Translations under genes and position numbers: made by a program
The notes under the pieces: generated by a model
Told to the model about the DNA's origin: nothing
Databases searched by the model: none
Seen by the model: the letters and a program-made list of their open reading frames with translations, nothing else
In this document: in pieces, positions 29,379 through 38,944 of the stretch
Layout of the letters: each line of letters opens with the position of its first letter
Numbering within the stretch: the first letter of the stretch is position 1
Source: Armatimonadota bacterium
GTDB taxonomy: Bacteria; Armatimonadota; UBA5829; JAUSEB01
Reading direction: 5' to 3'
Assembly: GCA_030649165.1 (NCBI GenBank)
Contig: JAUSGG010000162.1
Span: 3 to 64,002, forward strand
DNA length: 64,000 nt

Positions 29379-30974
29379 ATGAACGACGGTCCACGTTGGC
29401 CATCAAGGCGTTTTGTGATCGCTGCCGTTGTTGCAACAGTCATTACAACTGCGGCGATCGTGCTGCCGGATATAACGCTGCCTTTTCGGGATCCGGCGGA
29501 GGCGGCGTATGTGAGGGGCTGGATTCCCCGGCAGGAGGGAAAAAACTTCCTCTTGGCATTGACCGAGTACGATGAGAAGGCGTCCGCCCATCATTTCCGC
29601 ACGGCATTTCGGCTGAACCCGCATGTGCTGCGATACCAACTGTCGCTGGCGCAGTCGCTCCATTACGATCAGGCGGCGTTGGAGGAGCTTCTCAAAGACG
29701 GTCATCTGCTGTCTGAAGCGCGGGCGTCAGCGGAGTATTATCTCGCGCTCTGTTGGGTCCGCAAGGGGCTATGGCGCGACTGGAGTCTCGCGACGAACGG
29801 AGCCCCGAAGCTGGCGATTGCTCTTGACCACCTCGATATCGCAATTGGACTCGATCCGACAAACGCCGCACCCTTGTACGCGAGAGCTCGCGTTCTGTAC
29901 GTCCTCGGTCGTGACGAAGAAGCGGCTCGATCCGTTGCAGAGGGAAACACGAAGTCATCGTTCCAGAAGATCATCCTGCACCCTGTGTTCGGACGAAGTC
30001 TGGCTTGCTCTTTCTATATCGACGACCTGAGCAAGTTCGCGGGGCACAGGCAGCTTGCGCGCGAACAGGTGGATTATGCGAAAGGGCTGCTGCGGCAAAA
30101 GCAGACAGTCAGAGGCAGGCGGGCGCTGGAAGACGTTGTTGTTTTTGGGAAACGCCAGGCCGCCGCCAGCCCCAAGGGGATCCTCAGCTATCTCGTGGGC
30201 AGGTCGGCGTTTCGTCTTGCTCATCCGGAGCTGGTCCGCCTATACGACAAAGCATCCCCCGAACGATAGCGGCTGGTCCGAGCATCTCAAGCCTTCGCAG
30301 AGGGCCCACGGCTGATTAAGGCGTTCATCAGACGCGACAAATATGACCTGATGCCCGGATCGAGCAACGTAGTGGTGGCGCTGACGGCGCTCTGGCTTTT
30401 CGTCGGGTATAGTTGCCCTATCGCTTTGATGGCCACAATCTCCGCCATAGTGTACGTGGCAAGGCTCAGACGCGCCCGCCGGCAAGGTGAGCCGCAATTC
30501 GAGCTCCAAGTCTGGCAGCCGGGCGAGTTGGCGCGGTCGACGATCACGCGAGTTGCTTTTATACTTCTGCTGTTGGTAGGGGTGGCGCTGCTCTCCCGCG
30601 GCTTGTTCGGGTGGTTCGGCGCCTCCATCGTCCTGGGGACGCTCAGCGCGCACCTGGCGGCGTTCTATTCTGATAAGGCCGCCCGCCGAGCTTACATCGC
30701 GCAATGGGGGGCGGACAGCTGGCCGCCGATCAGTCTGCGCCGCGGTCGGAAACGATGGAAGCTCCCGCCGGCGCACGAGTTGTGGCGAGAAAGGCAGTCG
30801 GTTATTGCCGAGGCGGCCAATCTGTTGATGTTCGTATGGGTCGCCCTGGCGTTGCTTTCCATCTATCGCGTTTCGATGGGAGCCTATCCCTGGCAACTGG
30901 GCATAATGGGCATCGACACGTTTGAGCATGAGGGCCGGATCGTGACAGAGGCACTGAGGCATATGCCGAAGTGA
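29379..30974 (+). pseudogene. TPR-containing membrane protein interrupted by one in-frame TAG (30267-30269)
   Basis: ORFs 29379-30269 and 30351-30974 are in the same frame, with an open linker between them; TPR-like LDIAIGLDPTNAAPLYARARV. Confidence 0.55.
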
Positions 30975-31064
30975 CGTGACGTCAAAGCGTCACGCTGCCA
31001 CTGGAAAGCAAGCTGAAGCAAGCTGCCGAGCTAGAGTGAAGGGTATCGAAACTAGCCCGGAGAT

Positions 31065-31383
31065 CGTCATTCTGAGCAACCGACCCCGCAAGCGGGGTTA
31101 TTTCGGGGAGAAAACCAGCCCCCTGTGTTTCGGGATTTGAGGAGCGCTCCAACAGCGTATCGCCAGCGTGCGAAGTGAACTGCGCTCCGGAAATCCCGAA
31201 ACAGGCGTTTTCTTAGGAATCATGCATGTCCCTTCGGGACATCACTATAGAGGAAAACAGCCGTAGCCGGCTATTTTCGAAGGAGCGCAGCGAAGAATCT
31301 TCTATCGCATAAGCGCCAGGTTCGGCTTCGCAGCCGGACGTTGTGGCTATCCGAGAGAAGATCCTTCGTTCCTCAGGATGACG
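31065..31383. repeat. Composite nested palindromic element
   Basis: Outer arms CGTCATTCTGAG (31065) and CTCAGGATGACG (31372); inner arms GCGAAGAATCTTCT and AGAAGATCCTTCGT; embedded hairpin at 31126-31203. Confidence 0.7.
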
Positions 31384-31412
31384 GTTCACAGCGTGTCGGC
31401 GAATAATGCAGG

Positions 31413-33416
31413 CTAGATCCCTGCCCTCAGCGCTGTTATCTCCGCCTTTCTGTCCTGTATCGTACGTTTCTTGGCGGCGACGCGGTTCAGGTCCTCCGCC
31501 GATGATCCGAACCGCTTGAGCGCCTCTTTGAACCGCTTCTCGAAGTAGTTCAGGCTCTCATCGATCCGGTCGAGGAGCGCGTCCGCCTGGGCCAGTTTTG
31601 CCTTGGCCGCTTTGGGGTCCGTGGCCGCTTCGCTCCGCGCGGAGTCGATCAGCTCTTTCGCCTGTTTGTAGAACAGTATCTGCCGTACGGCGTGAGTGTG
31701 AGCGCGGGCGGGCATGTCCAGGAAGTCCAAAGCCTGTTTGTTCCGCGTCACGTCGCGCTTGAGCGAGTCGAGCAGTTCCAGCGTCTTCTTCTCGTGCTGC
31801 TCCGTCTTTTCAAGCAGTTCCGCGGTCATCTTCGCGCCGAACTGATTGACCAGGTCGTCCAGCCCGCCGCCGTAAGCTACGTGCTGCCAGTTCCAGTTCC
31901 AGCCGCCAAACGCCTCGTTCTGAATCTCGCCGAAGCCGTCGCTGACCATCCGGTAGTAATCTATGGGCCTCGTGTCGTCCAGGCCGAAGAACGATTTGCA
32001 GAACCGCCGGTTGAAGTCCTCAAGCGTCACGCCGGTGTTCCAGGCCCTGTCCGCGGAGAGGATGATGCCGAAGTAGTCGTTCTCGAACAGGTGGCCGAGA
32101 CGAAGCTCCCACGCGCACGTGCATTCGCCCATCGCGTCCCCTTCTTTGCCCTGTCCGAGGAACGTGTATATGTTGTCGGTGGCGTGAAGGTACGGGGCGG
32201 ATATCCGGCTGAAGCCGCTCATGGCCGGGCATACGAATACCTCAAACCCTTTTCGGCGGAAGAACTCCACCGTAGCTAGCGACGAGTTTTCGTAGTGCCA
32301 GTCGAAGATAATGATGTCCTTGGGCAGCCGGTCCACCAAATCCTTGTGCGCGAGCAGCATATCCCCCCACATCATCATCCTGAGGCCCCGCGACTTGGCC
32401 ATCCTGTGCACGGCCAGAAAATGGTCTATGTACAATCCTCCCTTTCCGACGGCCTTGGCCCGCTCGGCGCACTTCGGGCAGGACCCGGTCTGCGAGGTCT
32501 CGTCGCCCCCAACGTGCAGGAACTTTGTCTTAAACGGAGCAGAGACTTCGGCGATCAGGTCGTTGACGAACCTCTTGCCTTCCTGTGAGGACGCGCACAA
32601 TTCGTACGGCTCGTTTGCGACTTCGGCGAGATGCCGGTATTCCTTGACCGCCAGCGCGTTCTCCATGTGGCCGAGGGTGTTGACTTCCGGCACGATCTCG
32701 ACAAATCGCTCGCGCGCGTACTCGTCCAGCTCGCGCGCCTGTTGGGCCGTCATAACGTCTGGCGGACTGATGAGCGGGTGCTTCTCGAACTTGAACCGGT
32801 TCTCGAAGTACAGCTTGAGCATGTTGATCTTGTAGCGGCTCAGAGTATCGATCAGCTTCTTGAGATAATCCATGTTGGCCGTCTGCTCGCGCGCCAGATC
32901 GTAATGGACCATCCTGTAGCGGTAGTCCGGCCGGTCCTCGATGCGGCAGCAGGGCAGTTCCCGCCCGGCCACTCCCGCGTCCAGCAATTGCACGAATGTT
33001 TGAATGCCGTAGAAGAGCCCGGATGCGCTTCCGCCGGAGATGCGGATGCCGTCCCGCTCGATGCGCAGAGTGTACCTGTCGGCGAGCGCCGCGCGAAGCC
33101 GTCCGACTTCGAGTCGCAGCGCGATCCCTAATGATTTCTCCTGAGGTGTCACAAGCGACGCCTTCAGTCCCCGCTTCGTAAGCTCCTGGACGAACATGCG
33201 CGCCATGCCCGCGGTCGCTTTGGCGGCCCACGGAGAACATGTGATCTCAATATCGCGGTCCAGGGGAAGAGTCTCCTTAAGCCATTTCACCATCCGGGGT
33301 CTTGGCAGGAGTCCGCTCTCCCATTCCGATTCCTCCCGCGTTGCGGTCATCGTCGTCGCGCACGACGCGACGGCGCAAGCAATCAAACATAAGGCAAGTC
33401 CGATAGAGTCGAGCAT
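31413..33416 (-). CDS. Glycoside hydrolase family 20 (beta-N-acetylhexosaminidase)
   Basis: GLFYGIQT, IEDRPDYRYR, VPEVNTLGH, catalytic HVGGDE and MMWGDML; signal peptide. Confidence 0.88.
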   Translation of the reverse strand: MLDSIGLALCLIACAVASCATTMTATREESEWESGLLPRPRMVKWLKETLPLDRDIEITCSPWAAKATAGMARMFVQELTKRGLKASLVTPQEKSLGIALRLEVGRLRAALADRYTLRIERDGIRISGGSASGLFYGIQTFVQLLDAGVAGRELPCCRIEDRPDYRYRMVHYDLAREQTANMDYLKKLIDTLSRYKINMLKLYFENRFKFEKHPLISPPDVMTAQQARELDEYARERFVEIVPEVNTLGHMENALAVKEYRHLAEVANEPYELCASSQEGKRFVNDLIAEVSAPFKTKFLHVGGDETSQTGSCPKCAERAKAVGKGGLYIDHFLAVHRMAKSRGLRMMMWGDMLLAHKDLVDRLPKDIIIFDWHYENSSLATVEFFRRKGFEVFVCPAMSGFSRISAPYLHATDNIYTFLGQGKEGDAMGECTCAWELRLGHLFENDYFGIILSADRAWNTGVTLEDFNRRFCKSFFGLDDTRPIDYYRMVSDGFGEIQNEAFGGWNWNWQHVAYGGGLDDLVNQFGAKMTAELLEKTEQHEKKTLELLDSLKRDVTRNKQALDFLDMPARAHTHAVRQILFYKQAKELIDSARSEAATDPKAAKAKLAQADALLDRIDESLNYFEKRFKEALKRFGSSAEDLNRVAAKKRTIQDRKAEITALRAGI

Positions 33417-33736
33417 TGGGTCGTATTCCGCCTTCCGCAGAATGATAACTACTATGGCAAGTATTCATCGACTTGCGCGCGCATTCCTCTTGGAGGAAGT
33501 TGAGAGTTGAGTGTTGGGGGTTGAGTGTTGAGAGGGACCTCACCCCAGCCCTATCCTGAAAGGAGAGGGAGCCAGTCCCCCCTCCTTTTAGGAGCCGGGA
33601 GGCCCGCAAGCTGATAGCTGATGGCTGACAGCATCTTCCCCTTCTGCGTTTCCCCCGGCAGGAGGATTCCGGCGGGCTTGCGGCGAACCTACTATCTTGT
33701 AGTCGGAGGCAGAGCCTCTGATGGAGGAGGACGAAT

Positions 33737-34429
33737 TTGCGAGCCAGGGTACTGGTCGTTGATGACGATGAGGATATAGTCAAGCTGATAAAGAGTTATC
33801 TTTCGTCACGGGGATATCAGGCGCTGGCCGCCTCGAACGGGGAGGATGGCGTCCGCCTTGCGCACATCGAGAAGCCTGACCTGATCATCCTCGACATTGA
33901 GATGCCCGGCCTCAGCGGCATCGAGGTCTGCCAGGAAATACGGCGAACAATGCTCACGCCGATCATCTTCCTCACGGTCCGCGCCGAGGAGACCGACGTC
34001 GTTCTCGGTCTCGGGGTCGGAGCGGATAACTACATCACCAAGCCGTTCAAACTGTCGGAGCTGACCGCGAAGATCGAAGCCGCTTTGCGCCGCGAGACGA
34101 CTTACGCCGAGCGGAGGAAGCAGCAAGACATTTTCCTGATCGGCGATCTCACCATCGACCTCTCTGCTCACGAAGTCCGCAAGGGCGACAAAACGCTCGA
34201 TCTGACCCCGACCGAGTTCAAGTTGTTACAGGCGCTGGCGACCAACGCGGGCCACGTGTTGAGCCGCGAGCAGCTTCTGGACCACGTGTGGGAATTGCGC
34301 GCCGACGGAGTGTATACACGAACCGTTGACGTTCACGTCGGCAGACTGCGCAAGAAGATCGAAGACGATATGGACAAGCCCAGGCATATCATCACAATAG
34401 CCGGCCTGGGCTATAAGATGCCGGGTTAG
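33737..34429 (+). CDS. OmpR/PhoB-family response regulator
   Basis: VLVVDDD, ILDIEMP, GADNYITKPF, LTPTEF and RTVDVHVGRLRKK; GGAGGAGG RBS. Confidence 0.95.
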   Translation: MRARVLVVDDDEDIVKLIKSYLSSRGYQALAASNGEDGVRLAHIEKPDLIILDIEMPGLSGIEVCQEIRRTMLTPIIFLTVRAEETDVVLGLGVGADNYITKPFKLSELTAKIEAALRRETTYAERRKQQDIFLIGDLTIDLSAHEVRKGDKTLDLTPTEFKLLQALATNAGHVLSREQLLDHVWELRADGVYTRTVDVHVGRLRKKIEDDMDKPRHIITIAGLGYKMPG

Positions 34430-34540
34430 TACGGGCTTGCTCCCTCTCCCTTTGGGGGAGGGTTGGGTTGGGGTTCCGTCTGTACCAGACGACCCTGTCT
34501 CTCCCAAAGAACTGGGCCTGGTGACGGTCTTACTTGCGCG

Positions 34541-34578
34541 TCCTTCGGCAGCGTCGCTACCGCTCTGCTACCGAAGGA
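34541..34578. repeat. ~38 bp imperfect palindrome, copy 3 of 3
   Basis: Matches 2635-2671 and 20504-20541. Confidence 0.85.
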
Positions 34579-34611
34579 TCGGTCACCCAGTGAGGTGTGT
34601 GAGCGTTCGCT

Positions 34612-35970
34612 CTATTCTCTAGCGGGTTCTTGCTCGGGTGCCTCTATCGTTGATTCGAGAGGAGCGGCGATGCGCGGGGTAGACGCGATGTGGCGGTTTA
34701 TTGCGCAGAGCATCGCCGCGGCGGCGGCGCGGTACGAGTCGCCTCGTCTGACAACCGCGGTGCCGATGCACTGGATGCTGGTCTTGGGGGTTATGAAGAC
34801 GGCCAGGGCGGATATAAGCTGGTAGTCGTCGCCCGCGCCGTAGGTGAGAATCTCGTCCAGGACAATTCCGTATCCCTCCGGCATCGACTTCGACACCGCT
34901 CCGGCGGCGGCTTCCGCCACCAGGCGCAGCGCGCTTCGCCCAACGGAGTAGCCTTTCACCGTGTAACTGTATACGTTCCCGGCGGCGCTCAATCGCACCT
35001 CTACCGTCGCCAGCGCGCCGGTGGATGAGAAGTTTATCGCCTCGATCTTCAGTCTTGGCTCCCTGGGCGCGCGCGCCGCCGCGGGCGCAAGGCCGTCGGT
35101 ACCCGTCTCGGCCGCCTGTCCCGTAGCCGGGACGGCAGCCGGCTCCTCGCGGTGAGGCTTGGCCAGCGTGCAGTTCTTGCTGGCGCGGTTGATCAGGTCG
35201 TCCAGAGTCGCGGCAAAGTGCACGTCCAGGCGCTCTTTGCCCCGCCTGCCTCCCGAAACACCGAAGCAGGAAGTAACTCCCTCCGGCACGTCCTGAAGCT
35301 CGATCTGCCCTATTCGCTCTGTAATCTGCTGTCCGAACTCCCGAGCCTCGTCCATGGGCCTCCGGCTGGCGATGACGAACTCGTCACCGCCGTAACGGCA
35401 CAGGGAGTCCCTGTTCGTGTCTATATTGGACTTGAGGACCTCCGCGACCGTTTTCAGCACCAGATCGCCGGTTATATGCCCGTGGTTCTTGTTGAACGCC
35501 CCAAAACTGTTGAGGTCCAGGAAGATGGCGCTGATCTCCGTTCCGCTCTTCAGCGCTTCGACGCTCCATTCTCTCATGGAGTCCGACCAGGCCAAGCCCG
35601 TCAGCGGGTCGAACGACTTCCCCATCTCCGGCAGAAGATCGCTGTGAGAGACTATCCCAGCCAGGCGTCCGTGCGCCACGACGAGCAGATGGCTGGCGCC
35701 CGTGTCGGCCATGATCTCAGCCGCTTCGTGGACCGGCATCTCCGGGCCGATCGTCGTGAACGATTTCTCCATAACGTCGATAATCGACTTGTCCGGCTCC
35801 TGCCCCAGCAGCGATTGATACGTGACCATTCCCACGACCGCGTCCTCATTATGCACGACAGGCAGCGCGCCGATCTGGTGCCCCTTCATCAGGATCACGG
35901 CCGTCTTCACGACGTTGGAAGGGCTGACCCATATAACGTTGGTTGTCATTACCTGGCCGACGGTTTTCAT
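34612..35970 (-). CDS. CBS-pair plus GGDEF diguanylate cyclase with an extra C-terminal domain
   Basis: Two CBS repeats; DPLTGL, FLDLNSF, GHITGD and RYGGDEF. Confidence 0.85.
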   Translation of the reverse strand: MKTVGQVMTTNVIWVSPSNVVKTAVILMKGHQIGALPVVHNEDAVVGMVTYQSLLGQEPDKSIIDVMEKSFTTIGPEMPVHEAAEIMADTGASHLLVVAHGRLAGIVSHSDLLPEMGKSFDPLTGLAWSDSMREWSVEALKSGTEISAIFLDLNSFGAFNKNHGHITGDLVLKTVAEVLKSNIDTNRDSLCRYGGDEFVIASRRPMDEAREFGQQITERIGQIELQDVPEGVTSCFGVSGGRRGKERLDVHFAATLDDLINRASKNCTLAKPHREEPAAVPATGQAAETGTDGLAPAAARAPREPRLKIEAINFSSTGALATVEVRLSAAGNVYSYTVKGYSVGRSALRLVAEAAAGAVSKSMPEGYGIVLDEILTYGAGDDYQLISALAVFITPKTSIQCIGTAVVRRGDSYRAAAAAMLCAINRHIASTPRIAAPLESTIEAPEQEPARE

Positions 35971-36345
35971 GGCTTGGTCCGATGCGGCGCATCCTGCGCG
36001 GGAACGAAGTGGAGTTGGCTCACACAATGGGACATCTTACCCCACCATGCAAAAGTATAACACGGGGCGCGCGGCATTACCACCGCACAAGTACGGGGAA
36101 TTGGGGGGAAGTTCTGAGCGCTGAGTTTCTGGGTGTTGAGAGTTGAGAGAGACCCCCGATTTAGAGGTTAGAAGTTAGAGGTTGGAAGTTGGAGTAGGGT
36201 TCAACCCTCACCCGGTTTGGAGATTAGCAGTTAGCCTCAACACTGTTCACTTAACGTGGCGCATCCGCCAAGTCCCCCTCTCCCCCTGGGCGGGAGAGGG
36301 TTGGGGTGAGGGGGGATCCGCTTAAGTGAACCGTATTGCAGTTGG

Positions 36346-36576
36346 CCTGCTTTATTCACGAGTGCGGGGGCAGCAAGCGACACCAAGAGTAACCCCGCAT
36401 CCGATGTGATGTCACCGCCGTCATTTCGACATACTACTTCCCTGCCGCCAACCGCAGGAAAGGCCAGATCAAGAGTCGTATTATTCATCAGGAGCATCCT
36501 CTGTTTCCGTATCGTTTTTGCTAAAGACTACTTCGACAGAGTGTGCTCCTTTTAGTCGTATCGCGAATTATGTCGG
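36346..36576 (-). mobile_element. Internally deleted IS1380-family remnant (~230 bp)
   Basis: Encodes the IS1380-type transposase N-terminus FPAVGGREVVCRNDGGDITSDAGLLL; imperfect inverted ends CCTGCTTTATTCACG and CGCGAATTATGTCGG (10/15 match). Confidence 0.65.
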
Positions 36577-36673
36577 TTAGGCGGATATCACACTGCTTTT
36601 CCAGGATAAGGCGGGGAGTGTAGTTTCGCGGCAACCGATTATCGCTTCTGAGCATTGGAGGTAGCCGAGCGGG

Positions 36674-38887
36674 ATGAACCGGCGCGATTTACTGGGTTGG
36701 ATTGGGAAAGGGGCCTGCTACGCGGCGATGGTTGGCATTCGAGGAGGCCGGGGTGGTCGCGCGCCCCAGGTCACAAGGGGAGGTTCCGCTTCCTCCAACC
36801 GCCCCAGCGCCGCCGCCGGGACGCCTGAAAAATGCCCGGTGTCACTTCAATCGCTGATATCTCGCGCTGATGTGCGCAGGGATACTGCGCCGCGGAGCGG
36901 TCTGCCCTGGGTTCCCTTATACCAGGGGAACGGGCGATTTGGCTCTTGTTACGGTCCCTGGGGCCTTCACGTTCCTCCCGGCAAGCCGCGCCCGTATACG
37001 GTCCACGGGAATACTCAGTTTATGCACCTGCGGCGCTACGTCCGGGCGAAGTTCGGCGCGGATTATCTGATACCTCTGGCCAGGATGTTCTGGGAGACGG
37101 AGCCGGCGCGAGTATCGGCGTACGCGCAGCAGCAGTCATTCTACGACGGCACGATTTCGACGAGCTTCGACGCCGGCGAATACGCGGTCAGGATCGTCTC
37201 CTGGTTCGACGCCGTCGGCCGCAATATAGCAGGGTTCGAGTTCGAAGTGACCGGCGGCCCCCCGAGCATCGTCGTTGCCCCGTTCCGCGAAGTCAAAGTC
37301 CACTACGACCAGCGGCTTGCGGTGAACGTTTCCGCGTCGATGGTTGAAGGAGCGTGGCATGCCCGACTCGACTGCCTGAATGCCTCGGCGCGCTTTTCCG
37401 TCCGGACCAACGCCGGAATGACTCCTTTCAGTGACGGAGTAAGGATTCGGCTTCCCAGGGGACGCTCGTGGCTTCTAATAGCGGTGAATGATGAGCCGGA
37501 CGTGACGGCCGAAGAGTCTCTGCGGCGCACCCGGTCGTGGTGGCAGGCGGAATGGGAACGCGGCGCGTGGCTGGATTTGCCCGACGATGAGGCCCAGAAG
37601 ACGTGGGTGCGTTCTATTGCCTATATTCTGAGCTCTTACAACGACGAGAAGCTTGGCATGGCAGGTCCGATGGGCTTCACCGGCAACGGCTGGCCTTTTT
37701 CTTTTCCTCAGGACTTATCGTTCATCCACCCATTGCTGCTCTCCACGGGACGGACGAACATCGCCCGGTCGTGGGTCGAGTATTGGGCCGGACATCTTGA
37801 GGGCATGAAGAAGTACACAAAGAGGCTGATGGGTGTGGGAGGGGTCTTCGTGCCATGGGAGTTCCCGTACGGCTCCCTGGACGGCTATTACGACCCGGAA
37901 CCCCCGAACATGTTCACGTATGAACTCCATAACTCGGCGTACGTCGCCAGGATGGCGCACGAAACCGCCATTGTGCTGGACGACGCGGAGTGGACGCGAG
38001 CTTACGCCGAGCCGCTGGTCCGGGAAACCGCCGAGTTCTACCTCAGCATCCTCAAGAAGGAAAACGACGGCCGCTGGCACATCGACATTACTCCTTCGAT
38101 GGGGCAGGACGAGCTTGGCGGAGAAAACCAAAGGGACTATCTCTGCGCGTTATACAGCGCGCAGTATTGCCTGCGGACGGCAGTCGGGCGAAGGCTGGAC
38201 AAGACCGGCCGTATGCGTTCGATTTTGCGGGACGGACTGGCGTTTCCGTCGCTCCTTTCCCGCTACGGCTTCTATCATACGAACGGCGGCTCGGGCCTTG
38301 CTGATTACGGCAAGCAGAAGCATCCTCCGCAGCTTAACCCGCTGGCGTTTCTGCCCGTGTCAAAGGCGGTTGCAGCCCCTACGAGGCGCGCATACAATAT
38401 GCGATATGAGATCACCGCGGGGGCCAAAGAACCGGGATTCTGCGGGTGGACCCTGGGCGAGTTCCTGTTGGCGAGCGCCCGGATGAGGGACGCCGCGGGA
38501 TGGAAGAGAGACTGGAATAACGCGCTGCCCGCCAATTATGTCGACCCGGAATGGATTCAGTTCTATGAGACCAGCCGCTCGTGGGGGAGTTCGTTCTACG
38601 TAACCACGGCAGGCCTCTTCACCCAGGCAATACTTGATTGCGTCGCGTCCGACTGGTGGGGAGAACTCGAAGTAGGGGCGTGCATCCCGTGGCGAGGCGA
38701 TGTCTCGTTCGGCGACATAGGAACGCTCGCGGGCGTGAAGGTTTCGGGTTTGATAAACGCAAAGGAGATGAAGGTAACGCTTCGCGCCGAGAGAGACGTT
38801 AAGACGACATTCCGCGGCAAGCCACTCGTTATGGCCAAAGGGGAGGAGCGGAGACTGACACTGCCCGGAGGCAAAACCACCGCCTAG
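36674..38887 (+). CDS. Tat-exported glycoside hydrolase, probably an (alpha/alpha)6 barrel GH65/GH95-like enzyme
   Basis: MNRRDLL Tat motif; YQGNGRFG, FPQD, VRETAEFY and PSMGQDE; GGAGG RBS. Confidence 0.6.
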   Translation: MNRRDLLGWIGKGACYAAMVGIRGGRGGRAPQVTRGGSASSNRPSAAAGTPEKCPVSLQSLISRADVRRDTAPRSGLPWVPLYQGNGRFGSCYGPWGLHVPPGKPRPYTVHGNTQFMHLRRYVRAKFGADYLIPLARMFWETEPARVSAYAQQQSFYDGTISTSFDAGEYAVRIVSWFDAVGRNIAGFEFEVTGGPPSIVVAPFREVKVHYDQRLAVNVSASMVEGAWHARLDCLNASARFSVRTNAGMTPFSDGVRIRLPRGRSWLLIAVNDEPDVTAEESLRRTRSWWQAEWERGAWLDLPDDEAQKTWVRSIAYILSSYNDEKLGMAGPMGFTGNGWPFSFPQDLSFIHPLLLSTGRTNIARSWVEYWAGHLEGMKKYTKRLMGVGGVFVPWEFPYGSLDGYYDPEPPNMFTYELHNSAYVARMAHETAIVLDDAEWTRAYAEPLVRETAEFYLSILKKENDGRWHIDITPSMGQDELGGENQRDYLCALYSAQYCLRTAVGRRLDKTGRMRSILRDGLAFPSLLSRYGFYHTNGGSGLADYGKQKHPPQLNPLAFLPVSKAVAAPTRRAYNMRYEITAGAKEPGFCGWTLGEFLLASARMRDAAGWKRDWNNALPANYVDPEWIQFYETSRSWGSSFYVTTAGLFTQAILDCVASDWWGELEVGACIPWRGDVSFGDIGTLAGVKVSGLINAKEMKVTLRAERDVKTTFRGKPLVMAKGEERRLTLPGGKTTA

Positions 38888-38926
38888 CCTCGGGCTAACT
38901 TCTAGCTTCTAACTTCCAGCCGTCTC

Positions 38927-38935
38927 TGCTATAAT
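38927..38935 (+). promoter_or_regulatory. Extended -10 promoter (TGCTATAAT) for hisD with a very short leader
   Basis: Ends 9 nt upstream of ATG 38945; no Shine-Dalgarno in between. Confidence 0.55.
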
Positions 38936-38944
38936 CGAGCCATC

